From a virus (lineage: Duplodnaviria; Heunggongvirae; Uroviricota; Caudoviricetes), in the IMG/VR virus record IMGVR_UViG_2690316184_000005, positions 1-32,428 of that record: DNA of 32,428 nucleotides; one strand, written 5' to 3'. The notes beneath the pieces are model-generated. The model saw only the letters and a list, made by a program, of their open reading frames with translations. It did not search any database and had not been told where the DNA came from. Position 1 is the first letter of the stretch. Each line of letters opens with the position of its first letter. Both the position numbers and the translations under genes were made by a program. Shown here in pieces: positions 21,049 through 29,878 of the stretch.

Positions 21049-21486
21049 TCATCGAAGGCATTGCGTCCTTATGTATTCCTGCAGGTAGTTAACCTGCGCG
21101 GTTATCCTGTCGATTCCACTTCGGAGACGGTAATAATTGAGTTCAGCATCTGCTGTAAGTCTTGGACTTTCTCCATCGCCCATGCTGCTGGCTCCGGTCG
21201 TTGACTTTGCACAGATGGCGGCGACTTGCAGGCGCTTACGACCAGCAGAAACATCAGCACGGAGACTTTCGATAGTCGCGTTAGCATCAGCAAGCTCCTT
21301 TGTGTATCTTGCGTCGAGTTCTGCTACATCACGTTGACGCTTCTGCATATCAGCGATGATGGATGTGGCTTTATCGCGCTGCTCTTTGTAGGTCATGGCG
21401 TTATCACGGTAATGATTAACAGCCCATGACAGGCAGACAATGATGCAGATAACCAGAGCGGAGATAATCGCGGTTACTCTGCTCAT
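21049..21486 (-). CDS. Rz: Spanin, inner-membrane subunit (Rz)
   Basis: N-terminal TM '[20 protein letters not shown]' plus coiled-coil region; overlaps R stop (ATGA); contains embedded Rz1 frame. Confidence 0.9.
   Translation of the reverse strand: MSRVTAIISALVICIIVCLSWAVNHYRDNAMTYKEQRDKATSIIADMQKRQRDVAELDARYTKELADANATIESLRADVSAGRKRLQVAAICAKSTTGASSMGDGESPRLTADAELNYYRLRSGIDRITAQVNYLQEYIRTQCLR
21102..21287 (-). CDS. Rz1: Spanin, outer-membrane lipoprotein subunit (Rz1), embedded in Rz in the +1 frame
   Basis: '[20 protein letters not shown]' signal + lipobox Cys, Pro-rich mature peptide; AAGGAG RBS 7 nt upstream of ATG 21287. Confidence 0.75.
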   Translation of the reverse strand: MLTRLSKVSVLMFLLVVSACKSPPSVQSQRPEPAAWAMEKVQDLQQMLNSIITVSEVESTG

Positions 21487-21959
21487 ACCTCAATCTCTCT
21501 GACCGTTCCGCCTGCTTCTTTGAATTTTACAATCAGGCTGTCAGCCTTATGCTCGAACTGACCATAACCAGCGCCCGGCAGTGAAGCCCAGATATTGCTG
21601 CAACGGTCGATAGCCTGACGGATGTCACCGCGATCAATCATCGGTAAAGCGCCACGCTCTTTAATCTGCTGCAATGCCACTGCGTCCTGGCTTTTGGGGG
21701 AGAAGTCTTTCAGGCCAAGCTGCTTACGATAGGAATCCCACCAACGGGAAAGAAGCTGGTAGCGCCCGGCTGCTGTTGATTTGAGTTTTGGGTTTAGCGT
21801 GACAAGTTTGCGAGGGTGATCGGAGTAATCAGTAAATAGCTCTCCGCCTACAATGACGTCATAACCATGATTTCTGGTTTTCTGCCGTCCGTTATCAGTT
21901 CCCTCTGACCACGCCAGCATATCGAGGAACGCCTTACGTTGATTATTGATTTCCACCAT
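21483..21959 (-). CDS. R: Endolysin, lambda R-type lytic transglycosylase
   Basis: 158 aa '[51 protein letters not shown]' essentially as I recall lambda R. Confidence 0.95.
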   Translation of the reverse strand: MVEINNQRKAFLDMLAWSEGTDNGRQKTRNHGYDVIVGGELFTDYSDHPRKLVTLNPKLKSTAAGRYQLLSRWWDSYRKQLGLKDFSPKSQDAVALQQIKERGALPMIDRGDIRQAIDRCSNIWASLPGAGYGQFEHKADSLIVKFKEAGGTVREIEV

Positions 21960-22266
21960 CTTCTACTCCGGCTTTTTTAGCAGCGAAGCGTTTGATAAGC
22001 GAACCAATCGAGTCAGTACCGATGTAGCCGATAAACACGCTCGTTATATAAGCGAGATTGCTACTTAGTCCGGCGAAGTCGAGAAGGTCACGAATGAACC
22101 AGGCGATAATGGCGCACATCGTTGCGTCGATTACTGTTTTTGTAAACGCACCGCCATTATATCTGCCGCGAAGGTACGCCATTGCAAACGCAAGGATTGC
22201 CCCGATGCCTTGTTCCTTTGCCGCGAGAATGGCGGCTAACAGGTCATGTTTTTCTGGCATCTTCAT
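21943..22266 (-). CDS. S: Holin/antiholin, lambda S-type (dual start: S107 at 22266, S105 at 22260)
   Basis: '[62 protein letters not shown]' as recalled for lambda S; 17-nt overlap with R as in lambda. Confidence 0.95.
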   Translation of the reverse strand: MKMPEKHDLLAAILAAKEQGIGAILAFAMAYLRGRYNGGAFTKTVIDATMCAIIAWFIRDLLDFAGLSSNLAYITSVFIGYIGTDSIGSLIKRFAAKKAGVEDGGNQ

Positions 22267-22555
22267 GTCTTACCCCCAATAAGGGGATTTGCTCTATTTA
22301 ATTAGGAATAAGGTCGATTACTGATAGAACAAATCCAGGCTACTGTGTTTAGTAATCAGATTTGTTCGTGACCGATATGCACGGGCAAAACGGCATGAGG
22401 TTGTTAGCGCAGCCTCTTGCCACCCGCTTTCACGAAGCCAGCCATTGCGCTGGTTTTCTTTTATGCAAAGCACACCGCACCGTAGCCACAGCGGATAAGG
22501 TGATTATTTTTGTCTGTCTGGTATTTGGTTTGATGTGCTTTCAGAAAGGCCGTGC

Positions 22556-22593
22556 TTAAAACGCAAAAAGCCCCGAGCTATTAACTCAGGGCT
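22556..22593 (-). terminator. Intrinsic terminator downstream of pR' (tR'-like), target of Q antitermination
   Basis: Minus-strand RNA forms 9-bp stem GCCCUGAG.../...CUCGGGGC (one G-U) with 7-nt loop, followed by UUUUUGCGUUUU. Confidence 0.5.
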
Positions 22594-22628
22594 TTATTTA
22601 ACGAGTGCATTTATCCATCGTTGGGTCA

Positions 22629-22657
22629 AATTTACCCAACTTTATTCAAAAAGTCAA
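22629..22657 (-). promoter_or_regulatory. Late promoter pR' (with adjacent Q-utilisation region)
   Basis: Minus strand reads TTGACT-N17-TAAATT (-35 at 22652-22657, -10 at 22629-22634), the same hexamers as lambda pR' as I recall, immediately downstream of Q. Confidence 0.65.
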
Positions 22658-22699
22658 TATCATGCCGTAAAGATGTTGCCATCCGTGGCAATCATGCCG

Positions 22700-23323
22700 C
22701 TAACGTGTGACCGCATTCAAAATGTTGTCTGCGATTGACTCTTCTTTGTGGCATTGCACCACCAAAGCGTCATACAGCGGCTTAACAGTGCGTGACCAGG
22801 TGGGTTGGGTAAGGTTTGGGATTAGCATCGTCACAGCGCGATATGCTGCGCTTGCTGGCATCCTTGAATAGCCGACACCTTTGCATCTTCCGCACTCTTT
22901 CTCAACAACTCTCCCCAACTGCTCTGTTTTTGATATATCAACCGCACGGCCTGTACCGTGGCAATCTCTGCATCTTGCGCCCGGCGTCGCGGCACTACGG
23001 CAATAATCCGCATAAGCGAATGTTGCGAGCACTTGCAGTACCTTTGCCTTAGTATTTCCTTCGAGCTTTGCCACACCACGGTATTTCCCCGATACCTTGT
23101 GTGCAAATTGCATCAGATAGTTGATAGCCTTTTGTTTGTCGTTCTGGCTGAGTTCGTGCTTACCGCAAAATGCAGCCATCCCGAATCCGGCCTGTGATTG
23201 TGCCATCCCCATAGCAGCCATCACATCAGTACCGGAAAGAGAGTCAGAAGCCGTGGCCCGTGGTGAGTCGCTCATCATCGGGCTTTTTGGCGAATGAAAT
23301 TTAGCTACGCTTTCGAGTCTCAT
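22700..23323 (-). CDS. Q: Late-gene antiterminator Q (lambda Q-type)
   Basis: 207 aa 'MRLESVAKFHSPKSPMMSDSPRATASDSLSGTDVMAAMGMAQSQAGFGMAAFCGKHELSQNDKQKAINYL...CRDCHGTGRAVD...CGRCKGVG' as recalled for lambda Q (zinc-binding Cys cluster). Confidence 0.95.
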   Translation of the reverse strand: MRLESVAKFHSPKSPMMSDSPRATASDSLSGTDVMAAMGMAQSQAGFGMAAFCGKHELSQNDKQKAINYLMQFAHKVSGKYRGVAKLEGNTKAKVLQVLATFAYADYCRSAATPGARCRDCHGTGRAVDISKTEQLGRVVEKECGRCKGVGYSRMPASAAYRAVTMLIPNLTQPTWSRTVKPLYDALVVQCHKEESIADNILNAVTR

Positions 23324-23508
23324 GGTCTTCCCCTCTTGCCCTGTTTGACCATCAGGACGCCGTTAACTATTACGTGACGCTCGCCTTTGCTGTCTCGGTT
23401 GTACTTGAGCACTGTTCCTCTTGCGCAGGAAAGAATCCTCGCCACTTCGGTCTGATTGCCTCGTGTCTGGATAAGAAGCTCTGGTATCGTTTGAATTGTG
23501 GCGTTCAT
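23320..23508 (-). CDS. ninH: NinH-like small DNA-binding protein
   Basis: 62 aa 'IPELLIQTRGNQTEVARILSCARGTVLKY' resembles lambda NinH (Fis-like HTH). Confidence 0.7.
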   Translation of the reverse strand: MNATIQTIPELLIQTRGNQTEVARILSCARGTVLKYNRDSKGERHVIVNGVLMVKQGKRGRP

Positions 23509-23867
23509 GCGTTCTCCAGTTCGGTGATTTTTATTCCAAGCCGTCCGCCTGGTACTTTCACACCACGAATTACGCGAATGTCATCGAATTGCTCGTCGTC
23601 TTCCGCAAATCCGGCGTGGATAAGGGAGTCGAGTAAACCTTTCAGGATGTTGTCGAGGTCGCGGCGGCGGGAGTCTGGAACGTCTGCGATGACTTTGATG
23701 CGGAGTCGTGATTTGGTGAAAATGTCTAATTTGAGTTGGCGGATGATTTGCTGAACGTCTTTTCGGTATTTCTGGCCTTTATCGCTGATGTAGTATTGGC
23801 TTCCCCGTCTTCGCCAGTAGGTATTCACCGACGGCGGGTAAGGAAGCACAAACTGATATTCGTTCAT
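23505..23867 (-). CDS. rusA: RusA-family Holliday-junction resolvase
   Basis: 120 aa; 'FVLPYPPSVNTYWRRRG...DVPDSRRRDLDNILKGLLDSLIHAGF...DDIRVIRGVKVPGGRLGIKITE' matches RusA motifs. Confidence 0.85.
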   Translation of the reverse strand: MNEYQFVLPYPPSVNTYWRRRGSQYYISDKGQKYRKDVQQIIRQLKLDIFTKSRLRIKVIADVPDSRRRDLDNILKGLLDSLIHAGFAEDDEQFDDIRVIRGVKVPGGRLGIKITELENA

Positions 23868-24154
23868 GACTTAATCTTCCCCTCCTTCAGCAGTATCGCC
23901 TGCGTCCTGATCACGCCTTCGAGGTGGTAAAGTCTGGCGTCTTTGTTGTCGAGATTATGTGTGCGTCGGTCGATTTCATCGTGACACGCGCTACAAGCCC
24001 ATGCGCCGATCAGGTCGTCAGGCTTCATTCCCGTTCCGCAAATTCCAGCCATCCGGTAATGTGCCAGAACTGTAGTTTCAGGGTTGCCATTGCATACGCC
24101 GTAAATACGTACCTGACATTCTCTTCCGCGCGCTTCTTTGCGTAGGTTAGCCAT
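23864..24154 (-). CDS. DUF1364-family nin-region protein (E. coli YbcO-like)
   Basis: 96 aa 'MANLRKEARGRECQVRIYGVCNGNPETTVLAHYRMAGICGTGMKPDDLIGAWACSACHDEIDRRTH' resembles YbcO as recalled. Confidence 0.7.
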   Translation of the reverse strand: MANLRKEARGRECQVRIYGVCNGNPETTVLAHYRMAGICGTGMKPDDLIGAWACSACHDEIDRRTHNLDNKDARLYHLEGVIRTQAILLKEGKIKS

Positions 24155-24876
24155 TAAGCAGCCTCCCCTGTTACTTTCAGCATTCCGTTATCGAGCAACT
24201 TTCTGGTCAGCCACTGTTGACCGCGCCCGGTGATTTTTGTGGTGAACGATATCTGTATTCCGTGATTTGTGTTGACCGCTGTTTCTTTCACTGTGAAATA
24301 GCCGCGATCCATATATTCCTGCATTGGCACATTGCGCCGGGAACCTGAAGCAATAAGGATTTTGTGATCACGCATCCACGCAAACAGTTTGTTTTGACCA
24401 ATACCAACAACCTTTGCAAAGTTTCCAATCAAAATTCCGCTGGCCTCGCCAACGCGATCGGCAAACTCAACTTTAGGTGCGACAATTGCGAGCTGGTTTT
24501 CCAGTTGCATTTTCTGCTCAGCAAGATCGGCAGCAAGGCGCAACGCTTCCGGTAGCGTTTTGGGGATATTAACCGCAGCTTCTTCAAGCTCTCGCCAGCG
24601 GTCAACAAGGCGAGCGGTGAACTCTGGCGACAACTGGGCAACAACGACAATACTGTCTCGCTTACCTTGTTCGCCCTCGAAGACGTAATGCTCGTACTGA
24701 ACATTGAACCCTAAGTTATTGATTCTTTCGGAAACCTCAATTTGAGGAAGCCGGATAACACCATTTTTAGCCAGCGTTTCGATGGTACGTTTCACATTGT
24801 CATGACGCTTACCCACCAACTCAGCGATTTCAATGCTTGTCATTTTGATGGCATTGCCATTTATTAACTCATTCAT
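24154..24876 (-). CDS. Rha-family regulatory protein with C-terminal KilA-C/antirepressor (ANT) domain
   Basis: N-terminal 'MTSIEIAELVGKRHDNVKRTIETL' (Rha-type) and C-terminal 'TLPEALRLAADLAEQKMQLENQLAIVAPKVEFADRV...' typical of KilAC antirepressor domains. Confidence 0.7.
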   Translation of the reverse strand: MNELINGNAIKMTSIEIAELVGKRHDNVKRTIETLAKNGVIRLPQIEVSERINNLGFNVQYEHYVFEGEQGKRDSIVVVAQLSPEFTARLVDRWRELEEAAVNIPKTLPEALRLAADLAEQKMQLENQLAIVAPKVEFADRVGEASGILIGNFAKVVGIGQNKLFAWMRDHKILIASGSRRNVPMQEYMDRGYFTVKETAVNTNHGIQISFTTKITGRGQQWLTRKLLDNGMLKVTGEAA

Positions 24877-25039
24877 CGTCTTCTTCCTCGTACATTGAGC
24901 TATTCGGATCGCTCATCAGTTCTGCGCAGCAGTGCTCACACACGTGAACTTCCAGCACATGCAGCTTCTGACCGCAGTTAGCGCACGTTAAAGCCCGCTC
25001 GACGCTTTGTTGTTCGTAACTTCGATTTGGGTCAATCAC
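24869..25039 (-). CDS. ninF: NinF-like small Cys-rich protein (56 aa, GTG start; not in ORF track)
   Basis: Translates to '[56 protein letters not shown]', close to recalled lambda NinF; GAGGAA RBS 7 nt upstream; stop overlaps next gene start. Confidence 0.5.
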   Translation of the reverse strand: MIDPNRSYEQQSVERALTCANCGQKLHVLEVHVCEHCCAELMSDPNSSMYEEEDDE

Positions 25040-25217
25040 CTTGTTTTCCTCGCACGTTCTCTAAGCCACCGGATATCCCACAGGTGAGCCGTGTAGTTGA
25101 AGGTTTTACGTCAGATTCTTTTGGGATTGGCTTGCATTTATTTCTGGAGCGCTTCGTTGGAAGGTATTTGCAGTTTTCGCAGATGATGTCGGTGATACTT
25201 CGTCGCTGTCGTCTCAT
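25032..25217 (-). CDS. ninE: NinE-like small basic protein (61 aa)
   Basis: '[38 protein letters not shown]...' ; ATG 25217 overlaps methyltransferase stop as ATGA; part of track ORF 25032..25307. Confidence 0.5.
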   Translation of the reverse strand: MRRQRRSITDIICENCKYLPTKRSRNKCKPIPKESDVKPSTTRLTCGISGGLENVRGKQGD

Positions 25218-25741
25218 GCTGCCCTCCTGACGCCCTGCCCGATCGCCATCAATGCCGCTTTGGATACGGTAGTAAACATCCGTCGAGGACTGATGAACGG
25301 TCGCCAAATCAGCAGCATGGAGCCTTTGCTGTTTCCCTTCTTCTCCAGCCCTGTCGATGGTTCGATAAAATTAATCCGTCCATCAGTGATAATGCGAACT
25401 TCGTCGACACTCTCCAGAGCCTTGCTGAACCATCCGACAGACATATCCTCTGGCACAAGCATCACTACCGTCTGTCGCTGTTGTATGCTCTGCTCAGCGG
25501 CTTTTTCCACCCACGGCCTGATATTGCTGTACGGTGGGTTATTCCAGATTGCACCGTGGCTTACCCACTCAGAATTGAGTGCGTCGTCGGCCTCAGTTAG
25601 CCAGTGAGCGCACAGAGCGTTTTTGTCGCTCGCTGCCGAATCCAGCCAGAATCCAAACTCAATATCCAGTGCATCAAAAAGCCAAAGCGGCGTCTGCCAG
25701 CAGTCCTTGTCGTGTGCTGGCGTATTTGATTTGATAGTCAT
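25214..25741 (-). CDS. Phage orphan DNA N6-adenine methyltransferase (Dam-like, NPPY motif)
   Basis: '[38 protein letters not shown]...[18 protein letters not shown]'; start ATG 25741 overlaps NinB stop (ATGA); no adjacent restriction endonuclease. Confidence 0.8.
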   Translation of the reverse strand: MTIKSNTPAHDKDCWQTPLWLFDALDIEFGFWLDSAASDKNALCAHWLTEADDALNSEWVSHGAIWNNPPYSNIRPWVEKAAEQSIQQRQTVVMLVPEDMSVGWFSKALESVDEVRIITDGRINFIEPSTGLEKKGNSKGSMLLIWRPFISPRRMFTTVSKAALMAIGQGVRRAA

Positions 25742-26178
25742 GCAGCCCTGTCTCCCCATCGCGCTTTCCATTCGAGAGCCAGTCGCGCTTCGTCTGACCA
25801 CTTAACGCCACGCTCTGTACCGAATGCCTGTATAAGCTCTAATAGCTCCGCAAATTCGTTTACACGCATCCTGCTGGTTGACTGTCCTATTACCACAAAG
25901 CCATTCCCGGCAAGGTTAGGAACAACATCCTGCTGCTTTAATGCTGCGGTAAACACACACTTCCAGCTTTCTGCATCCAGCCAGCGACCATGCCATTCAA
26001 CCTGACGAGAGACGTCACCTAAGCAGGCCCATAGCTTCCTGTTTTGGTCTAAGCTGCGGTTGCGTTCCTGAATGGTTACTACGATTGGTTTGGTTGGGTC
26101 TGGAAGGATTTGCTGTACTGCGTGAATAGCGTTTTGCTGATGTGCTGGAGATCGAATTTCAAAGGTTAGTTTTTTCAT
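25738..26178 (-). CDS. ninB: NinB (Orf) recombination mediator
   Basis: 146 aa 'MKKLTFEIRSPAHQQNAIHAVQQILPDPTKPIVVTIQERNRSLDQNRKLWACLGDVSRQVEWHGRWLDAESWKCVF' as recalled for lambda NinB. Confidence 0.9.
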   Translation of the reverse strand: MKKLTFEIRSPAHQQNAIHAVQQILPDPTKPIVVTIQERNRSLDQNRKLWACLGDVSRQVEWHGRWLDAESWKCVFTAALKQQDVVPNLAGNGFVVIGQSTSRMRVNEFAELLELIQAFGTERGVKWSDEARLALEWKARWGDRAA

Positions 26179-26371
26179 GACTTCCCTCTCTAACAGATTT
26201 CAGGTTATTCCACTCCGTTACCGCACTGCGATAATTCGCGGCCGCCACAGCAGCGTGGTTAGCGCAGTAGATTTGGCACCCGTTCTCCATGTCGAATATT
26301 GTCGGTGATTTTCCGCATTTACATTTTTTGGCACGCGGTGCGTCTGAACACATTCCGTTAACGGTGTCCAT
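26159..26371 (-). CDS. Small Cys-rich hypothetical protein (possible zinc-binding), between replication genes and ninB
   Basis: 70-aa ORF with Cys at 8,17,19,32,36; overlaps ninB start by 20 nt. Confidence 0.4.
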   Translation of the reverse strand: MDTVNGMCSDAPRAKKCKCGKSPTIFDMENGCQIYCANHAAVAAANYRSAVTEWNNLKSVREGSHEKTNL

Positions 26372-26456
26372 CAGGATCCCCCTCGTTCTTAATCCAATAA
26401 AAAAGGGCTACTGTGTAAATAGCCCCTGTTATTAGCTCAGTGATGTAGATGGTCAT

Positions 26457-28337
26457 TTAATACTCCGTCACGTTTTCCTGTCGCCACGCCTCGTCATATT
26501 CCGATTTCGGCATATTGGCGATGTAGCTATATGGCGATCCTGATTCAAGTTGCAGGAACTGGTGCGATTGCTCGTCAAGGAACAACGGGACACCACCTTC
26601 CCAACCTTCGCCGTTACGTTGTTTTTCAAGCATCAAAACAGATGCCGGAGATGCCAGTAGCTGTTCGTCCTTCTCTGACATCTTTTCACCACTCTGAACT
26701 CTCTGTAACGCTCTCTCGCGAGCCTTGTTACGCCAGATGATGAAAAGGTTGTCTGTCAGGTCTGTTATCGCTCCAGAGCCTTTTACGTCCATTTTCCCGG
26801 TTGGTTTTTCTTCGCTGTCTCCTTTTCGCGAGTGAGTAACGAGAATGACGTGGGAGTTTGTTTTGTTTTTGAAGTCGCAAATCGAGTCAACAAACGCCTT
26901 CTGCCCGTTATAGTCATCGTCTCCTATGCCACATTTCATCAGGCTGTCGATGATGAATAACTGGATCCCGTATCGGCGGCGAGCGTAGTCGAATATTTCG
27001 ATCAGCCTGTCGGCTTTCGCCGTTCCTGTCAGGCCAAACACCCAAAGTCTTTCGTCATAGAATTTAAATGCAGAGTCAATTTCAAGCACTGGCGGCATCT
27101 TGCAGCACGTTGCCTGACGGGTAAGTCGCTTAAGGAGAATACCAGGCTTCAGCTCAAGTGACGCGATGCACGTCTTCACACCCTGACGCATTGCCTCAAG
27201 TGCCATATGCCCGACAACCTCCGTTTTTCCGTGACCGTTCACACCATTGACCAGCGTCAACTCGGCCTCACGGAACTGGAATTTATCTGCCAGTGATTCC
27301 CACGGTGGATTAAACAGATACTGCTGCTTGCCGTAGAAAGCGTTGATAGTGTCCTGGTAAAGCTCTCGCGCGCTGTAGAGTTCTTCAGGATCGAAGTAGG
27401 ATGCCGTGCCGATGTACTGCCAGATTTCATCCTCGGTAACACCGTTCATCAGGCATTCGTTGATGTCTTTGTACGGCAGAGTAACAAGACGGCAACGATG
27501 TTCACCGAGTCGGCTTGCGATTTCCCTTGCGGCTTCACGACCAACATCATCAACGTCCATCGAGATAAATATTTCCTCAAACCTGTCGAGGTTGTGATAC
27601 TCAAACTCAATCCACTGTTGCTTAGCGCCTTTCCCGCCACCAAACGGCACGGATAACGCCGAGATGCCGTATTGCGCATAGCTCATACAATCAATTTCGC
27701 CTTCGCAAAGTACAACCGCCCTCACGCCAGCGTCCAGAGCCTGCCATCCGAACAGACAAGGTTCGCAATCACCTTCTGCCATAATGACTTTCTTCCCGTC
27801 AGGGCGCTCAGTGCTGATTCGCTTTACCTGCAACAACTCACCATCGCGTTTGTACGGAAGCACCAGAGCATCCAGTTCTCGTTCTCCATTCCACACCTTT
27901 CCGCTGACAACCTCGTAGCGCTTTACGACTTCTGGCGATATGCCACGCGATTGCAGGTACTCAAGATGGGATTCTGTTCTGGTAACGTAGCGGGCGATTT
28001 TCTTGCGATCAGGTCTGGAGAATTTCTTCTCACGTTTGGCATCGAAATGGTGATCGTCATCCTTGATACCGAGAAATGCTTTCGCTTCCTGCATAGCCTG
28101 ATGCAGGTTAATTCCACGACATGCCATCCACAAATCAAGCATGTCACCGCCGTCTCCCTCAGCGAAATCAGCCCATTTTTTCTTGCCGCTAAGGTTGACC
28201 TTAAGGCTGTTTCCCTTGTCACCGTTGACGTTACCGGCAACCCACTCATGCCCCTCTTTCTTGCCGTTTGGCAACAGGTGAGGAGCCACCCTGTCAACCT
28301 GCGCCCAAAGCAGGTCGCTAAGTTCACTTGGTGTCAT
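26457..28337 (-). CDS. Replicative primase-helicase (Toprim primase domain fused to DnaB/RecA-fold helicase)
   Basis: Toprim-like 'AVVLCEGEIDCMSYAQYGISALSVPFGGG...ISMDVDDVG'; Walker A 'VNGVNGHGKTEV', Walker B-like 'LFIIDSLMK'; occupies the lambda P position. Confidence 0.85.
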   Translation of the reverse strand: MTPSELSDLLWAQVDRVAPHLLPNGKKEGHEWVAGNVNGDKGNSLKVNLSGKKKWADFAEGDGGDMLDLWMACRGINLHQAMQEAKAFLGIKDDDHHFDAKREKKFSRPDRKKIARYVTRTESHLEYLQSRGISPEVVKRYEVVSGKVWNGERELDALVLPYKRDGELLQVKRISTERPDGKKVIMAEGDCEPCLFGWQALDAGVRAVVLCEGEIDCMSYAQYGISALSVPFGGGKGAKQQWIEFEYHNLDRFEEIFISMDVDDVGREAAREIASRLGEHRCRLVTLPYKDINECLMNGVTEDEIWQYIGTASYFDPEELYSARELYQDTINAFYGKQQYLFNPPWESLADKFQFREAELTLVNGVNGHGKTEVVGHMALEAMRQGVKTCIASLELKPGILLKRLTRQATCCKMPPVLEIDSAFKFYDERLWVFGLTGTAKADRLIEIFDYARRRYGIQLFIIDSLMKCGIGDDDYNGQKAFVDSICDFKNKTNSHVILVTHSRKGDSEEKPTGKMDVKGSGAITDLTDNLFIIWRNKARERALQRVQSGEKMSEKDEQLLASPASVLMLEKQRNGEGWEGGVPLFLDEQSHQFLQLESGSPYSYIANMPKSEYDEAWRQENVTEY

Positions 28338-28444
28338 GATTCCCTCAGATTGAGATTTTTAAACCAGAAATCGACAAACGAAATACTTAACCAGCCGTGG
28401 TTATAACCAGCGACCAGTAGCGATTTGATTTTTGATTTCATGGT

Positions 28445-29305
28445 TCACCTGTCGAAAAACACGTAGCCAGTTTTCGATACGGTGATTGCGGATGATGGTT
28501 TGGATTGTGGTTGAATAGTTTCTGGCTTCTCGTCGTTCCAGCGTTGACCGTTCAGGTAGCTCGATGGTAACAACCTGTCGAATCCGAACTGCTTACCATT
28601 CCTGCATGCGATGTCTTCTGCCAGCATCGTGGCAAACTCGCTTGCCGTACCCCTGGTAGTTTTACGCCATTCCCTGAACTGTGTTCTGAATGCCGAAGTT
28701 GCGTTTTTCTTCCCGGCTTTCCGCATGCCTGCACACCAGAATATTTCCTCGAATGCCTTGTCGATTTCTTCGTGACGGTCAGGTGATTTTTCACACTCCG
28801 TCCGAACAATTTCGGACATAGTGTTTTTATTATTTCTTTTTTCTTTTGTAATAGTTTCTTTTGTGTGTCCCTGTTTTGGTGACAGCGCTGTCACCGTTTT
28901 GGTGACACTTTTTGTCACCAATGCAGTGACATTATCACCAGAGTAGTGACACCCTTCGATTTGCCATTCTTCGATGTTCTTGTTAGGCCCGATTTGCTGG
29001 CCTTCGCGAAGGATAACCTTCATCGCGATAAGCTCATTCTTGGCCTTGTTTACCTTCTGTCTTGGCAGCCTGGTAATTTGAGCTAACTGACTATCAGAGA
29101 TGCGATCCATCTTTTTACCGTAGCCGTATGTTTTACGGCATATGGCGTGGGCAACCTTGCTCTGATTTTTAGTTAAATCTGCGCCGATAAGCTCTTCATA
29201 CAGGGCATTTGCAAGACGGGTATAACCATCTTCAACTTCTGCCACACGACGCTCCACAGGCCGTTGTGAAGGCCTTAAATGTGTTACGGTTGCAAGATTA
29301 CTCAT
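28445..29305 (-). CDS. O: Replication initiator, lambda O-like (origin-binding; ori embedded in the gene)
   Basis: N-terminal '[61 protein letters not shown]...GPNKNIEEW' resembles lambda O N-domain; iteron array inside coding sequence. Confidence 0.8.
   Translation of the reverse strand: MSNLATVTHLRPSQRPVERRVAEVEDGYTRLANALYEELIGADLTKNQSKVAHAICRKTYGYGKKMDRISDSQLAQITRLPRQKVNKAKNELIAMKVILREGQQIGPNKNIEEWQIEGCHYSGDNVTALVTKSVTKTVTALSPKQGHTKETITKEKRNNKNTMSEIVRTECEKSPDRHEEIDKAFEEIFWCAGMRKAGKKNATSAFRTQFREWRKTTRGTASEFATMLAEDIACRNGKQFGFDRLLPSSYLNGQRWNDEKPETIQPQSKPSSAITVSKTGYVFFDR
28812..28951 (-). repeat. Replication origin: iteron array (GGTGACA/TGTCACC dyads) followed by AT-rich unwinding region
   Basis: Perfect palindromes GGTGACAGCGCTGTCACC (28878-28895) and GGTGACACTTTTTGTCACC (28901-28919) plus further GTGACA/TCACC units to 28951; AT-rich tract 28812-28860 downstream in the O reading direction. 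Confidence 0.6.
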
Positions 29306-29444
29306 GACCTTTCTCCTTCTGCATCAGCTTCACTTTTTCCAACTCAGCCCGGAATCGACCAGGCTGCTTGAAGCTGGACAGGAAGCGATCACGTAGTATG
29401 TGTTTGTGAATTTTGTCCTGGTAAGGACTGAGTTGTTTTGTCAT
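29298..29444 (-). CDS. Small hypothetical protein (48 aa) between cII and O; not in ORF track
   Basis: ATG 29444 with AGGAG RBS 5 nt upstream; '[48 protein letters not shown]'; stop overlaps O start. Confidence 0.4.
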   Translation of the reverse strand: MTKQLSPYQDKIHKHILRDRFLSSFKQPGRFRAELEKVKLMQKEKGHE

Positions 29445-29476
29445 AATGACTCCTGTGGATTGATCCAGTAATGACC

Positions 29477-29770
29477 TCAGAATTCCATCTGGATTTGTTC
29501 AGAACGCTCGGTTGCCGCCGGGCGTTTTTTATTGGTGAGAATCGAAGCAACTTGTCGTGCCAATCGAGCCATGTCGTCGTCGACGACACCCCATTCAAGA
29601 ACAGCAAGCAGCATTGAGAACTTTGGAATCCAGTCCCTCTTCCACCTGCTGATCTGCGACTTATCAACCCCCACAGCTTCCGCTGTCTTCTCAGTTCCAA
29701 GCATTGCGATTTTGTTAAGCAACGCACTCTCGATTCTTAGAGCCTCGTTGCGTTTGTTTGCACGAACCAT
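29477..29770 (-). CDS. cII: CII transcriptional activator (lysogeny establishment)
   Basis: 97 aa '[75 protein letters not shown]' as recalled for lambda CII; track ORF N-terminal extension rejected. Confidence 0.95.
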   Translation of the reverse strand: MVRANKRNEALRIESALLNKIAMLGTEKTAEAVGVDKSQISRWKRDWIPKFSMLLAVLEWGVVDDDMARLARQVASILTNKKRPAATERSEQIQMEF

Positions 29771-29828
29771 ATGTAAGTATTTCCTTAACAAATAAGAAGT
29801 TATGCGCACCAACTGATGCGCGTTGTAT

Positions 29829-29872
29829 TCCCGCATTTCGGCGGGAATAAGGACCATGACTGTTAAAGAGCG
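29829..29872 (-). promoter_or_regulatory. nutR (boxA + boxB hairpin) between cro and cII
   Basis: Minus strand: boxA-like CGCTCTTTAACA then boxB hairpin UCCCGCCGAAAUGCGGGA; same elements as at nutL. Confidence 0.6.
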
Positions 29873-29878
29873 GTGTTA

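Noticed and set aside
20918-21061. 47-aa hydrophobic minus-strand ORF overlapping the Rz stop
   Set aside because: No convincing RBS and overlaps Rz out of frame; cannot distinguish from chance. The hairpin plus U-tract after it (about 20850-20885) is more likely the real feature.
22417-22455. Lambda-like GGCAAGAGG...CCTCATGCC-GTTTTGCCC element as the tR' terminator
   Set aside because: The stem has mismatches here; the hairpin at 22556-22593 with a clean U-tract is a better terminator candidate. It may be a decayed remnant.
29477-29857. Track ORF giving a 126-aa N-terminally extended CII
   Set aside because: The lambda-like CII starts at the internal ATG (29770) with its RBS; the extension would read through the nutR boxA/boxB elements and uses a non-ATG start.
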